NCBI RefSeq assembly: GCF_032444005.1
Contig: NC_091290.1
Coordinates: 147,064,001 to 147,128,000, forward strand
From: Ranitomeya imitator
Taxonomy: Eukaryota
DNA length: 64,000 nucleotides
Reading direction: 5' to 3'
A program made the translations under genes and the position numbers. The stretch's first letter is position 1, and every line of letters starts with the position of its first letter. The notes beneath the pieces were generated by a model. It ran no database searches. It was given only the letters and a program-made list of their open reading frames with translations, and had not been told where the DNA came from. This document shows, piece after piece, positions 1 to 14,960 of the stretch.

Positions 1-591
1 TTAAACATTCAAAAAATTCCTGTGAAGCACCAGAAGGGTTAATAAACTTCTTGAATATGGTTTTGAGCACCTTGAGGGGTGTAGTTTTTAGAATGGTGTC
101 ACACTTGGGTATTTTCTATCATATAGACCCCTCAAAATGACTTCAAATGAGATGTGGTCCCTAAAATAAAATGGTGTTGTAGAAATGAGAAATTGCTGGT
201 CAACTTTTAACCCTTATAACTCCCTAACAAAAAAAAATTTTGTTTCCAAAATTGTGCTGATGTAAAGTAGACATGTGGGAAATGTTATTTATTAAGTATT
301 TTGTGTGACATATCTCTGTGATTTAATTGCATAAAAATTCAAAGTTGGAAAATTGCGAAATTTTCATAATTTTCGCCAAATTTCCGTTTTTTTCACAAAT
401 AAACGCAGGTACTATCAAATAATTTTTACCATTGTCATGAAGTACAATATGTCACGAGAAAACAATGTCAGAATCACCAGGATCCATTGAAGCGTTCCAG
501 AGTTATAACCTCATAAAGGAACAGTGGTCAGAATTGTAAAAATTGGCCCGGTCATTAACGTGCAAACCACCCTTGGGGGTAAAGGGGTTAA
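1..591. mobile_element. End of a piggyBac-like non-autonomous DNA transposon (truncated by window start)
   Basis: AT-rich non-coding sequence ending ...GGGGGTAAAGGGG followed by TTAA at 588-591 (reverse TTAA-CCCC), the piggyBac-type terminus. Family assignment is by recall, not by search. Confidence 0.5.
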
Positions 592-2084
592 TGGGTGATC
601 AGTACAAATACATTATTATCTATCAGACCCCTCCCTGGATGGAATACATGACGCACAGTCACGGCTCCTGGAGTGAAAACTTTAAGAAGTCAAGTGACTG
701 CAGTTACGGCCGGACTCTGCCCTCGGAGTCATCCCTTACCATATCTGTTCCGTATTGGAAAACTGCAATAATGTGAACAAACCAACACAGCAACGCCTAA
801 AGGGCCCTCAATCGCCCTCGTGTTGTCAATATACCCATCTGCTGAAATACTCTGTGCTGCTGAGACTCTGTTTACATGCAGCTTTGGATGTTACTGGAGT
901 AACACATTCATTAAATGTACATTAGCCCTTTAAAATGCATCCTCATTTTGGCATGACCCCCCAAGAAGGCACTTTATTGGGTGTCATGACGTAACTCGGT
1001 AGAGGATGGTGACTTTTTTCTAGTGGAGATATCTTATCTAAGGAATGAGCAAATAAAAGATTGCTTGATGACCAAGGGATGGGCCGCGGAGAATTCCCAT
1101 CCCCATTGTGGTTACTGGGAGCTACAACGAGGGGTTGGGGTCTCTGTGCGAAGAGGGGCTCCATAGTGTAGACAGGACGATGTCAGGATGGGTTTTCAGG
1201 GCATATTTCCATCTTCTTAGACGGATATTGTTGGATAATGCTTGACAAAAACAAGCACTTTTGCAATTTACACCTCGTTAAAATTTGCAGCCGTTCTTGA
1301 GATATTCACACTTTTCTCTTTTTGTTTACAGCCGGTTTCCATGGAGAAGTGAACGTAAACAAAGTGTAAACAAAAGAAAAGTGTTAATATCTCAAGAACG
1401 ACTGAAAATTTTAATGAACGGTAAATTACAACAGTGCTCATCTTTACAAGCTCTATCCGACAATATCCCGTCTACGAAGATGAGGAATAACCCGTTAATT
1501 TCACTTATGCAACAATGTATCTGGTGTGTGACAATTGTTTACAGGAAGGTTTTTTTTTCTGATAAAGATGAAAATCATCAATTACACACGAGTCATAAAA
1601 ACAGTAATTACAGCCTGATGTAATGTACGGGGGTCTCTGCTGCGTACCCCGAAATTGGACAATCAAGAACTTTGATTAAAATCCCTTGGTGAGGAACAAT
1701 GCAATGATGAAATCCGTAGAAATAGGGTGATTTTACAGGGAAAGCCCACCCAAAGACTCTCATTACCTTACTAAGTCATGTTGTTGTCACAATGTATCAG
1801 CGACATCAAGATATCTGGTCTGTCTTACTAGTCACAAGCCTATGAGTGAGGGGTCACCCAGCTTTCCCAGACACACGAATGGTAAATCGGCCTAGTACAA
1901 AGTGAGATTTCCCTCTCACCATCTTTCCCAGATACAGATATATCCCCACAAAAAAGTGTGGAAATTTGATAGAAGTAAATTACAACAGGACTTCCCCCAT
2001 AGTAGACGAGCGAGGTCCAGACGACTCCGCGCCCAGAGCAAACGTCATCACCAGTTACCCCGGAGCCTGCCACAACTATACGTC

Positions 2085-2111
2085 TTGTGTATATGTATGT
2101 ATGTGTGTGTA

Positions 2112-2145
<34 letters not shown>

Positions 2146-2150
2146 CATAC
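2085..2150. repeat. Compound (TG)n/(TA)n microsatellite
   Basis: gtatatgtatgtatgtgtgtgtatgtgtgtgt...atatatatatatac directly preceding the 35-bp array. Confidence 0.9.
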
Positions 2151-5100
2151 TACTATATATACTGCCCCTATGTACAAGAATATAACTACTATAATACTAC
2201 CCCTATGTACAAGAATATAACTACTATAATACTGCCCCTATGTACAAGAATATAACTACTATAATACTGCCCCTATGTACAAGAATATAACTACTATAAT
2301 ACTGCCCCCTATGTACAAGAATATAACTACTATAATACTGCTCCTATGTACAAGAATATAACTACTATAATACTGCCCCTATGTACAAGAATATAACTGC
2401 TATAATACTGCCCCTATGTACAAGAATATAACTACTATAATACTACCCCTATGTACAAGAATATAACTACTATAATACTGCCCCTATGTACAAGAATATA
2501 ACTACTATAATACTGCCCCTATGTACAAGAATATAACTACTATAATACTGCCCCCTATGTACAAGAATATAACTACTATAATACTGCCCCTATGTACAAG
2601 AATATAACTACTATAATACTGCCCCTATGTACAAGAATATAACTACTATAATACTGCTCCTATGTACAAGAATATAACTACTATACTACTGCCCCTATAT
2701 ACAAGAATATAACTCCTATAATACTGCTCCTATGTACAAGAATATAACTCCTATAATACTGCCTCTATGTACAAGAATATAACTAATATAATACTGCTCC
2801 CTATGTACAGGAATATAACTACTATAATACTGGCCCCTATGTGCAAGAATATAACTAGTATAATACTGCCCCTATGTACAAGAATATAACTACTATAATA
2901 CTGCCCCTATGTACAAGAATATAACTACTATAATACTGCCCCTATGTACAAGAATATAACTACTATAATACTGCCCCTATGTACAAGAATATAACTACTA
3001 TAATACTGCCCCTATGTACAAGAATATAACTACTATAATACTGCCCCTATGTACAAGAATATAACTACTATAATACTGCTCCTATGTACAAGAATATAAC
3101 TACTATAATACTGCCCCTATGTACAAGAATATAACTACTATAATACTGCCCCCTATGTACAAGAATATAACTACTATAATACTGCTCCTATGTACAAGAA
3201 TATAACTACTATAATACTGCCCCTATGTACAAGAATATAACTGCTATAATACTGCCCCTATGTACAAGAATATAACTACTATAATACTACCCCTATGTAC
3301 AAGAATATAACTACTATAATACTGCCCCTATGTACAAGAATATAACTACTATAATACTGCCCCTATGTACAAGAATATAACTACTATAATACTGCCCCCT
3401 ATGTACAAGAATATAACTACTATAATACTGCCCCTATGTACAAGAATATAACTACTATAATACTGCCCCTATGTACAAGAATATAACTACTATAATACTG
3501 CTCCTATGTACAAGAATATAACTACTATACTACTGCCCCTATATACAAGAATATAACTCCTATAATACTGCTCCTATGTACAAGAATATAACTCCTATAA
3601 TACTGCCTCTATGTACAAGAATATAACTAATATAATACTGCTCCCTATGTACAGGAATATAACTACTATAATACTGGCCCCTATGTGCAAGAATATAACT
3701 AGTATAATACTGCCCCTATGTACAAGAATATAACTACTATAATACTGCCCCTATGTACAAGAATATAACTACTATAATACTGCCCCTATGTACAAGAATA
3801 TAACTACTATAATACTGCCCCTATGTACAAGAATATAACTACTATAATACTGCCCCTATGTACAAGAATATAACTACTATAATACTGCCCCTATGTACAA
3901 GAATATAACTACTATAATACTGCTCCTATGTACAAGAATATAACTACTATAATACTGCCCCTATGTACAAGAATATAACTACTATAATACTGCCTCTATG
4001 TACAAGAATATAACTAATATAATACTGCTCCTATGTACAAGAATATAACTACTATAATACTGCCCCTATGTACAAGAATATAACTACTATAATACTGCTC
4101 CTATGTACAAGAATATAACTACTATAATACTGCCTCTATGTACAAGAATATAACTACTATAATACTGCCCCTATGTACAATATAACTACTATAATACTGC
4201 CCCTATGTACAAGAATATAACTACTATAATACTGCCTCTATGTACAAGAATATAACTACTATAATACTGCCCCTATGTACAAGAATATAACTACTATAAT
4301 ACTGCCCCTATGTACAATATAACTACTATAATACTGCCCCTATGTACAAGAATACAACCACTATAATACTGCCTCCTATGTACAAGAATACAACCGCTAT
4401 AATACTGCCCCTATGTACAAGAATACAACCGCTATAATACTGCCCCTATGTACAAGAATACAACCGCTATAATACTGCCTCCTATGTACAAGAATACAAC
4501 CGCTATAATACTGCTCCTATGTACAAGAATATAACCGCTATAATACTGCCCCTATGTACAAGAATATAACCGCTATAATACTGCCCCTATGTACAAGAAT
4601 ACAACTGCTATAATACTGCCCCCTATGTACAAGAATATAACCGCTATAATACTGCCCCCTATGTACAAGAATATAACCGCTATAATACTGCCCCTATGTA
4701 CAAGAATACAACCGCTATAATACTGCCCCTATGTACAAGAATACAACCGCTATAATACTGCCCCTATGTACAAGAATACAACCGCTATAATACTACCTCC
4801 TATGTACAAGAATACAACCGCTATAATACTGCCCCTATGTACAAGAATACAACCGCTATAATACTGCCCCTATGTACAAGAATACAACCGCTATAATACT
4901 GCCCCTATGTACAAGAATACAACCGCTATAATACCGCTCCTATGTACAAGAATACAACCGCTATAATACCGCTCCTATGTACAAGAATACAACCGCTATA
5001 ATACCGCTCCTATGTACAAGAATACAACCGCTATAATACCGCTCCTATGTACAAGAATACAACCGCTATAATACCGCTCCTATGTACAAGAATACAACCG

Positions 5101-8100
5101 CTATAATACCGCTCCTATGTACAAGAATACAACCGCTATAATACCGCTCCTATGTACAAGAATACAACCGCTATAATACCGCTCCTATGTACAAGAATAC
5201 AACCGCTATAATACCGCTCCTATGTACAAGAATACAACCGCTATAATACCGCTCCTATGTACAAGAATACAACCGCTATAATACCGCTCCTATGTACAAG
5301 AATACAACCGCTATAATACCGCTCCTATGTACAAGAATACAACCGCTATAATACCGCTCCTATGTACAAGAATACAACCGCTATAATACCGCTCCTATGT
5401 ACAAGAATACAACCGCTATAATACCGCTCCTATGTACAAGAATACAACCGCTATAATACCGCTCCTATGTACAAGAATACAACCGCTATAATACCGCTCC
5501 TATGTACAAGAATACAACCGCTATAATACCGCTCCTATGTACAAGAATACAACCGCTATAATACCGCTCCTATGTACAAGAATACAACCGCTATAATACC
5601 GCTCCTATGTACAAGAATACAACCGCTATAATACCGCTCCTATGTACAAGAATACAACCGCTATAATACCGCTCCTATGTACAAGAATACAACCGCTATA
5701 ATACCGCTCCTATGTACAAGAATACAACCGCTATAATACCGCTCCTATGTACAAGAATACAACCGCTATAATACCGCTCCTATGTACAAGAATACAACCG
5801 CTATAATACCGCTCCTATGTACAAGAATACAACCGCTATAATACCGCTCCTATGTACAAGAATACAACCGCTATAATACCGCTCCTATGTACAAGAATAC
5901 AACCGCTATAATACCGCTCCTATGTACAAGAATACAACCGCTATAATACCGCTCCTATGTACAAGAATACAACCGCTATAATACCGCTCCTATGTACAAG
6001 AATACAACCGCTATAATACCGCTCCTATGTACAAGAATACAACCGCTATAATACCGCTCCTATGTACAAGAATACAACCGCTATAATACCGCTCCTATGT
6101 ACAAGAATACAACCGCTATAATACCGCTCCTATGTACAAGAATACAACCGCTATAATACCGCTCCTATGTACAAGAATACAACCGCTATAATACCGCTCC
6201 TATGTACAAGAATACAACCGCTATAATACCGCTCCTATGTACAAGAATACAACCGCTATAATACCGCTCCTATGTACAAGAATATAACCGCTATAATACC
6301 GCTCCTATGTACAAGAATATAACCGCTATAATACCGCTCCTATGTACAAGAATATAACCGCTATAATACCGCTCCTATGTACAAGAATATAACCGCTATA
6401 ATACCGCTCCTATGTACAAGAATATAACCGCTATAATACCGCTCCTATGTACAAGAATATAACCGCTATAATACCGCTCCTATGTACAAGAATATAACCG
6501 CTATAATACCGCTCCTATGTACAAGAATATAACCGCTATAATACCGCTCCTATGTACAAGAATATAACCGCTATAATACCGCTCCTATGTACAAGAATAT
6601 AACCGCTATAATACCGCTCCTATGTACAAGAATATAACCGCTATAATACCGCTCCTATGTACAAGAATATAACCGCTATAATACCGCTCCTATGTACAAG
6701 AATATAACCGCTATAATACCGCTCCTATGTACAAGAATATAACCGCTATAATACCGCTCCTATGTACAAGAATATAACCGCTATAATACCGCTCCTATGT
6801 ACAAGAATATAACCGCTATAATACCGCTCCTATGTACAAGAATATAACCGCTATAATACCGCTCCTATGTACAAGAATATAACCGCTATAATACCGCTCC
6901 TATGTACAAGAATATAACCGCTATAATACCGCTCCTATGTACAAGAATATAACCGCTATAATACCGCTCCTATGTACAAGAATATAACCGCTATAATACC
7001 GCTCCTATGTACAAGAATATAACCGCTATAATACCGCTCCTATGTACAAGAATATAACCGCTATAATACCGCTCCTATGTACAAGAATATAACCGCTATA
7101 ATACCGCTCCTATGTACAAGAATATAACCGCTATAATACCGCTCCTATGTACAAGAATATAACCGCTATAATACCGCTCCTATGTACAAGAATATAACCG
7201 CTATAATACCGCTCCTATGTACAAGAATATAACCGCTATAATACCGCTCCTATGTACAAGAATATAACCGCTATAATACCGCTCCTATGTACAAGAATAT
7301 AACCGCTATAATACCGCTCCTATGTACAAGAATATAACCGCTATAATACCGCTCCTATGTACAAGAATATAACCGCTATAATACCGCTCCTATGTACAAG
7401 AATATAACCGCTATAATACCGCTCCTATGTACAAGAATATAACCGCTATAATACCGCTCCTATGTACAAGAATATAACCGCTATAATACCGCTCCTATGT
7501 ACAAGAATATAACCGCTATAATACCGCTCCTATGTACAAGAATATAACCGCTATAATACCGCTCCTATGTACAAGAATATAACCGCTATAATACCGCTCC
7601 TATGTACAAGAATATAACCGCTATAATACCGCTCCTATGTACAAGAATATAACCGCTATAATACCGCTCCTATGTACAAGAATATAACCGCTATAATACC
7701 GCTCCTATGTACAAGAATATAACCGCTATAATACCGCTCCTATGTACAAGAATATAACCGCTATAATACCGCTCCTATGTACAAGAATATAACCGCTATA
7801 ATACCGCTCCTATGTACAAGAATATAACCGCTATAATACCGCTCCTATGTACAAGAATATAACCGCTATAATACCGCTCCTATGTACAAGAATATAACCG
7901 CTATAATACCGCTCCTATGTACAAGAATATAACCGCTATAATACCGCTCCTATGTACAAGAATATAACCGCTATAATACCGCTCCTATGTACAAGAATAT
8001 AACCGCTATAATACCGCTCCTATGTACAAGAATATAACCGCTATAATACCGCTCCTATGTACAAGAATATAACCGCTATAATACCGCTCCTATGTACAAG

Positions 8101-10770
8101 AATATAACCGCTATAATACCGCTCCTATGTACAAGAATATAACCGCTATAATACCGCTCCTATGTACAAGAATATAACCGCTATAATACCGCTCCTATGT
8201 ACAAGAATATAACCGCTATAATACCGCTCCTATGTACAAGAATATAACCGCTATAATACCGCTCCTATGTACAAGAATATAACCGCTATAATACCGCTCC
8301 TATGTACAAGAATATAACCGCTATAATACCGCTCCTATGTACAAGAATATAACCGCTATAATACCGCTCCTATGTACAAGAATATAACCGCTATAATACC
8401 GCTCCTATGTACAAGAATATAACCGCTATAATACCGCTCCTATGTACAAGAATATAACCGCTATAATACCGCTCCTATGTACAAGAATATAACCGCTATA
8501 ATACCGCTCCTATGTACAAGAATATAACCGCTATAATACCGCTCCTATGTACAAGAATATAACCGCTATAATACCGCTCCTATGTACAAGAATATAACCG
8601 CTATAATACCGCTCCTATGTACAAGAATATAACCGCTATAATACCGCTCCTATGTACAAGAATATAACCGCTATAATACCGCTCCTATGTACAAGAATAT
8701 AACCGCTATAATACCGCTCCTATGTACAAGAATATAACCGCTATAATACCGCTCCTATGTACAAGAATATAACCGCTATAATACCGCTCCTATGTACAAG
8801 AATATAACCGCTATAATACCGCTCCTATGTACAAGAATATAACCGCTATAATACCGCTCCTATGTACAAGAATATAACCGCTATAATACCGCTCCTATGT
8901 ACAAGAATATAACCGCTATAATACCGCTCCTATGTACAAGAATATAACCGCTATAATACCGCTCCTATGTACAAGAATATAACCGCTATAATACCGCTCC
9001 TATGTACAAGAATATAACCGCTATAATACCGCTCCTATGTACAAGAATATAACCGCTATAATACCGCTCCTATGTACAAGAATATAACCGCTATAATACC
9101 GCCCCTATGTACAAGAATATAACTACTATAATACTGCTCCTATGTAGAAGAATATAACTACTATAATCCCCTTTGTACAAGAATATAACTACTATAATAC
9201 TGCTCCTATGTACAAGAATATAACTACTATAATACTGCCCCTATGTACAAGAATATAACTACTATAATACTGCTCCTATGTAGAAGAATATAACTACTAT
9301 AATACTGCCCCCTATATACAAGAATATAACTACTATAATACTGCTCCTATGTACAAGAATATAACTACTATAATACTGCCCCTATGTACAAGAATATAAC
9401 TACTATAATACTGCCCCTATGTACAAGAATATAACTACTATAATACTGCCCCTATGTACAAGAATATAACTACTATAATACTGCCCCTATGTACAAGAAT
9501 ATAACTACTATAATACTGCCCCTATGTACAAGAATATAACTACTATAATACTGCCCCTATGTACAAGAATATAACTACTATAATACTGCTCCTATGTACA
9601 AGAATATAACCGCTATAATACCGCCCCTATGTACAAGAATATAACTACTATAATACTGCTCCTATGTAGAAGAATATAACTACTATAATCCCCTTTGTAC
9701 AAGAATATAACTACTATAATACTGCTCCTATGTACAAGAATATAACTACTATAATACTGCCCCTATGTACAAGAATATAACTACTATAATACTGCTCCTA
9801 TGTAGAAGAATATAACTACTATAATACTGCCCCCTATATACAAGAATATAACTACTATAATACTGCTCCTATGTACAAGAATATAACTACTATAATACTG
9901 CCCCTATGTACAAGAATATAACTACTATAATACTGCCCCTATGTACAAGAATATAACTACTATAATACTGCCCCTATGTACAAGAATATAACTACTATAA
10001 TACTGCCCCTATGTACAAGAATATAACTGCTATAATACTGCTCCTATGTACAAGAATATAACCGCTATAATACCGCTCCTATGTACAAGAATATAACCGC
10101 TATAATACCGCTCCTATGTACAAGAATATAACCGCTATAATACCGCTCCTATGTACAAGAATATAACCGCTATAATACCGCTCCTATGTACAAGAATATA
10201 ACCGCTATAATACCGCTCCTATGTACAAGAATATAACCGCTATAATACCGCTCCTATGTACAAGAATATAACCGCTATAATACCGCTCCTATGTACAAGA
10301 ATATAACCGCTATAATACCGCTCCTATGTACAAGAATATAACCGCTATAATACCGCTCCTATGTACAAGAATATAACCGCTATAATACCGCCCCTATGTA
10401 CAAGAATATAACTACTATAATACTGCTCCTATGTAGAAGAATATAACTACTATAATCCCCTTTGTACAAGAATATAACTACTATAATACTGCTCCTATGT
10501 ACAAGAATATAACTACTATAATACTGCCCCTATGTACAAGAATATAACTACTATAATACTGCTCCTATGTAGAAGAATATAACTACTATAATACTGCCCC
10601 CTATATACAAGAATATAACTACTATAATACTGCTCCTATGTACAAGAATATAACTACTATAATACTGCCCCTATGTACAAGAATATAACTACTATAATAC
10701 TGCCCCTATGTACAAGAATATAACTACTATAATACTGCTCCTATGTACAAGAATACAACCACTATAACAC
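2150..10770. repeat. About 8.6-kb tandem array of a 35-bp unit (CTATGTACAAGAATATAACTACTATAATACTGCCC and variants), about 245 copies
   Basis: Line pattern recurs every 420 nt (12 x 35). Core about 4930-9100 is near-perfect CTATAATACCGCTCCTATGTACAAGAATA(C/T)AACCG; flanks are diverged. Confidence 0.97.
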
Positions 10771-11089
10771 TGCCCTGTATGTGATATGTAGTGTTGGTCG
10801 GGGTGGGGACGTCGCTCTGTTCTCGCAGTTGTGAGAATACAATGTCACCATGACTGTTCCGCCATGATTAGCACCAATCAGCCATCATATTGTACACAGC
10901 ACTGATGAGATATTTGACCCTGTAACTATATTAGTGGAAGGTTCCCAGGGACAGTGTAGCTGCAGTTAGAGTTTATGATACTGTTGCCTTAGGTACTGTA
11001 TCTAATCCCATGATGAGTGATACAGTATCAGAGCTCGCAGCGCTACTCCCCATTGTGTTGCTGCTTTGTGTGGCCCCCTGTGTGGCTGC

Positions 11090-11480
11090 ACCTTGTGCTC
11101 CGGCAGGTGGAGGGTTAAGCACGGGGCGCACAGGTGAGGCTATAGCCGCAGACTTTGCCCCGTGTGTCGGTGCCCGGATCCTATTACTGTGTGCCCGCGG
11201 CGCCCGCCCCCCTGCACCTTGGTGTCTGGGGCGGAGGTTGGGAGCGAGGTGAGGCCGCCCCAGTGTCTGCTCCTCGCCCGTCCTGTCCACACCCGCATGT
11301 GACCGATCCCCAGCACCATGGCCGATTTCCCTGCCAAAGTCAGCACCCAGACCAGCACCCCGGAGGCCTCCGGCGGAGGAGGATTCTGCCCCAGGCCGGA
11401 CATCTCCTTCCTGCAATCCATCCCTGGGATCCTCATCATGGTGGAGCTGGTAAGTACCGGCCATCATATGGCGTGACCAT
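11090..11480 (+). promoter_or_regulatory. PLLP: CpG-rich promoter/exon-1 region of PLLP with GC boxes
   Basis: High CpG density, GGGCGG near 11229, CGCCCGCCCC, and strong Kozak CAGCACCATGG at 11318. Confidence 0.6.
11318..11449 (+). CDS. PLLP: Plasmolipin (MARVEL-domain proteolipid), coding exon 1
   Basis: MADFPAKVSTQTSTPEASGGGGFCPRPDISFLQSIPGILIMVEL resembles the recalled plasmolipin N-terminus (MAEFPSKVSTRTSSP...PDLGF). Donor CTG|GTAAGT, 132 nt, phase 0. Confidence 0.93.
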
Positions 11481-11764
11481 CAGGGACCGTGCCAGGCACC
11501 GGCACAACTACAATGGGTGCAGGGGTTGTAATCACACCCAGGTCCTGGAGCCCCAAAACCTCCCACTGGACTATATGGGAAGACCGGGGGCCACTGGGCA
11601 GCGGCCAATATTTCCTAGTATGACCCTAACCATCCGCCCCGTGGGGGTCCCCGCTCAGATCCATGGGGATGCCTTTGTTTATTCCGTTTATCCTCCTTTT
11701 CCCTGAGGGCCTCCGGGGAGGAAAGTCAGAGACGAGAGCAAGTGGCATCCACCTGGATGCCTGA

Positions 11765-14645
11765 GCGAGCGCAGCACCGAGCAAACGGGAAACACCGCAG
11801 CCCCGAGCAAACGGGTAACACCGCAGCACCGAGCAAACGGGAAACACCGCAGCACCGAGCTAACGGGAAATACCGCAGCACCGAGCAAACGGGAAACGCC
11901 GCAGCACCGAGCTAACGGGAGACACCGCAGCACCGAACAAACGGGAAACGCCGCAGCACCGAGCTAACGGGAGACACCGCAGCCCCGAGCTAACGGGAAA
12001 CACCGCAGCACCGAGCTAACGGGAAACACCGCAGCACCGAGCTAACGGGAAATACCGCAGCACCGAGCTAACGGGAAATACCGCAGCACCGAGCAAAAGG
12101 GAGACACCGCAGCACCGAACTAACGGGAAATACCGCAGCACCGAGCAAACGGGAAACGCCGCAGCACCGAGCTAACGGGAGACACCGCAGCACCGAACAA
12201 ACGGGAAACGCCGCAGCACCGAGCTAACGGGAGACACCGCAGCCCCGAGCTAACGGGAAACACCGCAGCACCGAGCTAACGGGAAACACCGCAGCACCGA
12301 GCTAACGGGAAATACCGCAGCACCGAGCTAACGGGAAATACCGCAGCACCGAGCAAACGGGAAACACCGCAGCCCCGAGCTAACGGGAAATACCGCAGCA
12401 CCGAGCAAACGGGAAACACCGCAGCACCGAGCTAACGGGAAATACCGCAGCACCGAGCTAACGGGAAATACCGCAGCACCGAGCAAAAGGGAGACACCGC
12501 AGCACCGAACAAACGGGAAACGCCGCAGCACCGAGCTAACGGGAGACACCGCAGCCCCGAGCTAACGGGAAACACCGCAGCACCGAGCTAACGGGAAACA
12601 CCGCAGCACCGAGCTAACGGGAAATACCGCAGCACCGAGCTAACGGGAAACACCGCAGCCCCGAGCTAACGGGAAACACCGCAGCACCGAGCTAACGGGA
12701 AACACCGCAGCACCGAGCTAACGGGAAACACCGCAGCACCGAGCTAACGGGAAACACCGCAGCACCGAGCTAACGGGAAATACCGCAGCACCGAGCAAAC
12801 GGGAAATACCGCAGCACCGAGCAAACGGGAAACACCGCAGCCCCGAGCTAACGGGAAACACCGCAGCACCGAGCTAACGGGAAACACCGCAGCACCGAGC
12901 TAACGGGAAACGCCGCAGCACCGAGCAAACGGGAAACGCCGCAGCACCGAGCAAACGGGAAATACCGCAGCCCCGAGCTAACGGGAAACACCGCAGCACC
13001 GAGCTAACGGGAAACACCGCAGCACCGAGCTAACGGGAAATACCGCAGCACCGAGCAAACGGGAAACGCCGCAGCACCGAGCAAACGGGAAATACCGCAG
13101 CGCCGAGCTAACGGGAAACACCGCAGCACCGAGCAAACGGGAAATACCGCAGCACCGAGCAAACGGGAAACACCGCAGCCCCGAGCTAACGGGAAATACC
13201 GCAGCACCGAACAAACGGGAAACGCCGCAGCACCGAGCTAACGGGAAACGCCGCAGCACCGAGCTAACGGGAGACGCCGCAGCACCGAGCAAACGGGAAA
13301 TACCGCAGCACCGAGCAAACGGGAAACACCGCAGCACCGAGCTAACGGGAAATACCGCAGCACCGAGCTAACGGGAAACACCGCAGCACCGAGCTAACGG
13401 GAAATACCGCAGCACCGAGCTAACGGGAAATACCGCAGCACCGAGCTAACGGGAAATACCGCAGCACCGAGCTAACGGGAGACGCCGCAGCACCGAGCTA
13501 ACGGGAAATACCGCAGCACCGAGCTAACGGGAAATACCGCAGCACCGAGCAAACGGGAAACGCCGCAGCACCGAGCTAACGGGAGACGCCGCAGCACCGA
13601 GCAAACGGGAAATACCGCAGCACCGAGCTAGCAGAAGACAGCGCAGCACCGAGCAAACGGGAAACACCGCAACACCGAGCTAACGGGAAATACCGCAGCA
13701 CCGAGCGAACGGGAAATACCGCAGCACCGAGCGAACGGGAAATACCGCAGCACCGAGCTAGCAGAAGACACTGCAGCACCGAGCAAACGGGAAATACTGC
13801 AGCACCGAGCAAACGGGAAATACCGCAGCACCAAGCTAGCAGGAGACACCTCATCACCGAGCTAAAGGGAGACATCGCAGCACCAAGCAAACGGGAAACG
13901 CCAAAGCACCGAGCAAGCGGGAAATACCGCAGAACCAAGCTAATGTGAGACACCGCCGCACCGAGCACATGGGAAACGCCACAGCACTGAGCAAGCGGGA
14001 AGTACCAAGCTAACGGGAGAAGCTGCAGCACCAAGCGAGCAGGAGACACCGCACCACCGAGCTAATGGGAGACACCACAGCACTGAGCAAACGGGAGATG
14101 CCACAGCATCGAGCAAGCGGGAAATACCGCAGCACTGAGCTAACAGGAGACGCCGCCGCACCAAGCAAGCGGGAAATAACGCAGCACCGAGCTAGCCGGA
14201 GACACCTCAGCACAGAGCGAGAGATACCGCAACATCAAGCTAACGGGAGACGCTGCAGCACCGAGCGAGCGGGAAATACCGCAGCACCAAGCTAACGGAA
14301 GACACCGCAGCACACAGCGAGATACCGCAACACCAAGCGAACGGGAGACGCCGCAGCACCAAGCGAGCGGGAAATACCGCAGCACCAAGCTAACAGGAGA
14401 TGCCGCAGCACCAAGCGAGCAGGAAATATCGCAGCACCGAGCTAACAGGAGATGCCGCAGCACCAAGCGAGCAGGAAATATCGCAGCACCGAGCTAACAG
14501 GAGATGCCAAAGCACTGAGCGAGCGGGAAATACCATAGCACTGAGCTAACGGGAGACACCGCAGCACAGGAAGCTACTGCAGCACCAAGCGTGCGGGAAA
14601 TACCGCAGCACCGAGCGAACTGGAAATACCGCAGCACCGAGCGAG
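11765..14645. repeat. About 2.9-kb CpG-rich tandem array of a 26-bp unit (CCGCAGCACCGAGCTAACGGGAAATA) in PLLP intron 1
   Basis: 26-nt period (26-aa repeat in ORF track = 3 units). Divergence increases after about 13780. Confidence 0.95.
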
Positions 14646-14699
14646 CGGGACACACTGCAGAATGACGCAGTCGCCGCTTTCTGCGCGGTATCAGCAAAG

Positions 14700-14960
14700 G
14701 CTGAATGAATATACTTTTTTTTCTGTTCGCTGTCAGTGAATGTGAACATTCTTTACAGCCAGAGACCGAAATACACACTCGACTCTGCTCACAGCTGAGG
14801 GTTTGTTACACTTGCATCTGGTCTGCTGTCCTTAGTTACATTGTATCTATGGAGCCTGCGGTTACATGACTGGATCCAAAATGTAACAAACCCTCTGCTG
14901 TGAGAAGTGTGAAACCCGGACACAAGATCGCTTCACTGACAGCAAGCAGAGATGTGGGAG
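14700..14960. mobile_element. Degenerate palindromic MITE remnant (T2/Kolobok-like)
   Basis: Inverted pair CTCACAGCTGAGGGTTTGTTACA (14788-14810) / TGTAACAAACCCTCTGCTGTGAG (14882-14904), 1 mismatch. Outer arms CTGTCAGTGAA / TTCACTGACAG. The same motifs recur at about 19612, 27674, 39350-39740 and 43956. Confidence 0.5.

Noticed and set aside
2150-10770. Regularly spaced 24-60-bp repeats as possible CRISPR arrays
   Set aside because: Units are head-to-tail with no unique spacers, there are no cas genes, and the context is a spliced eukaryotic locus.
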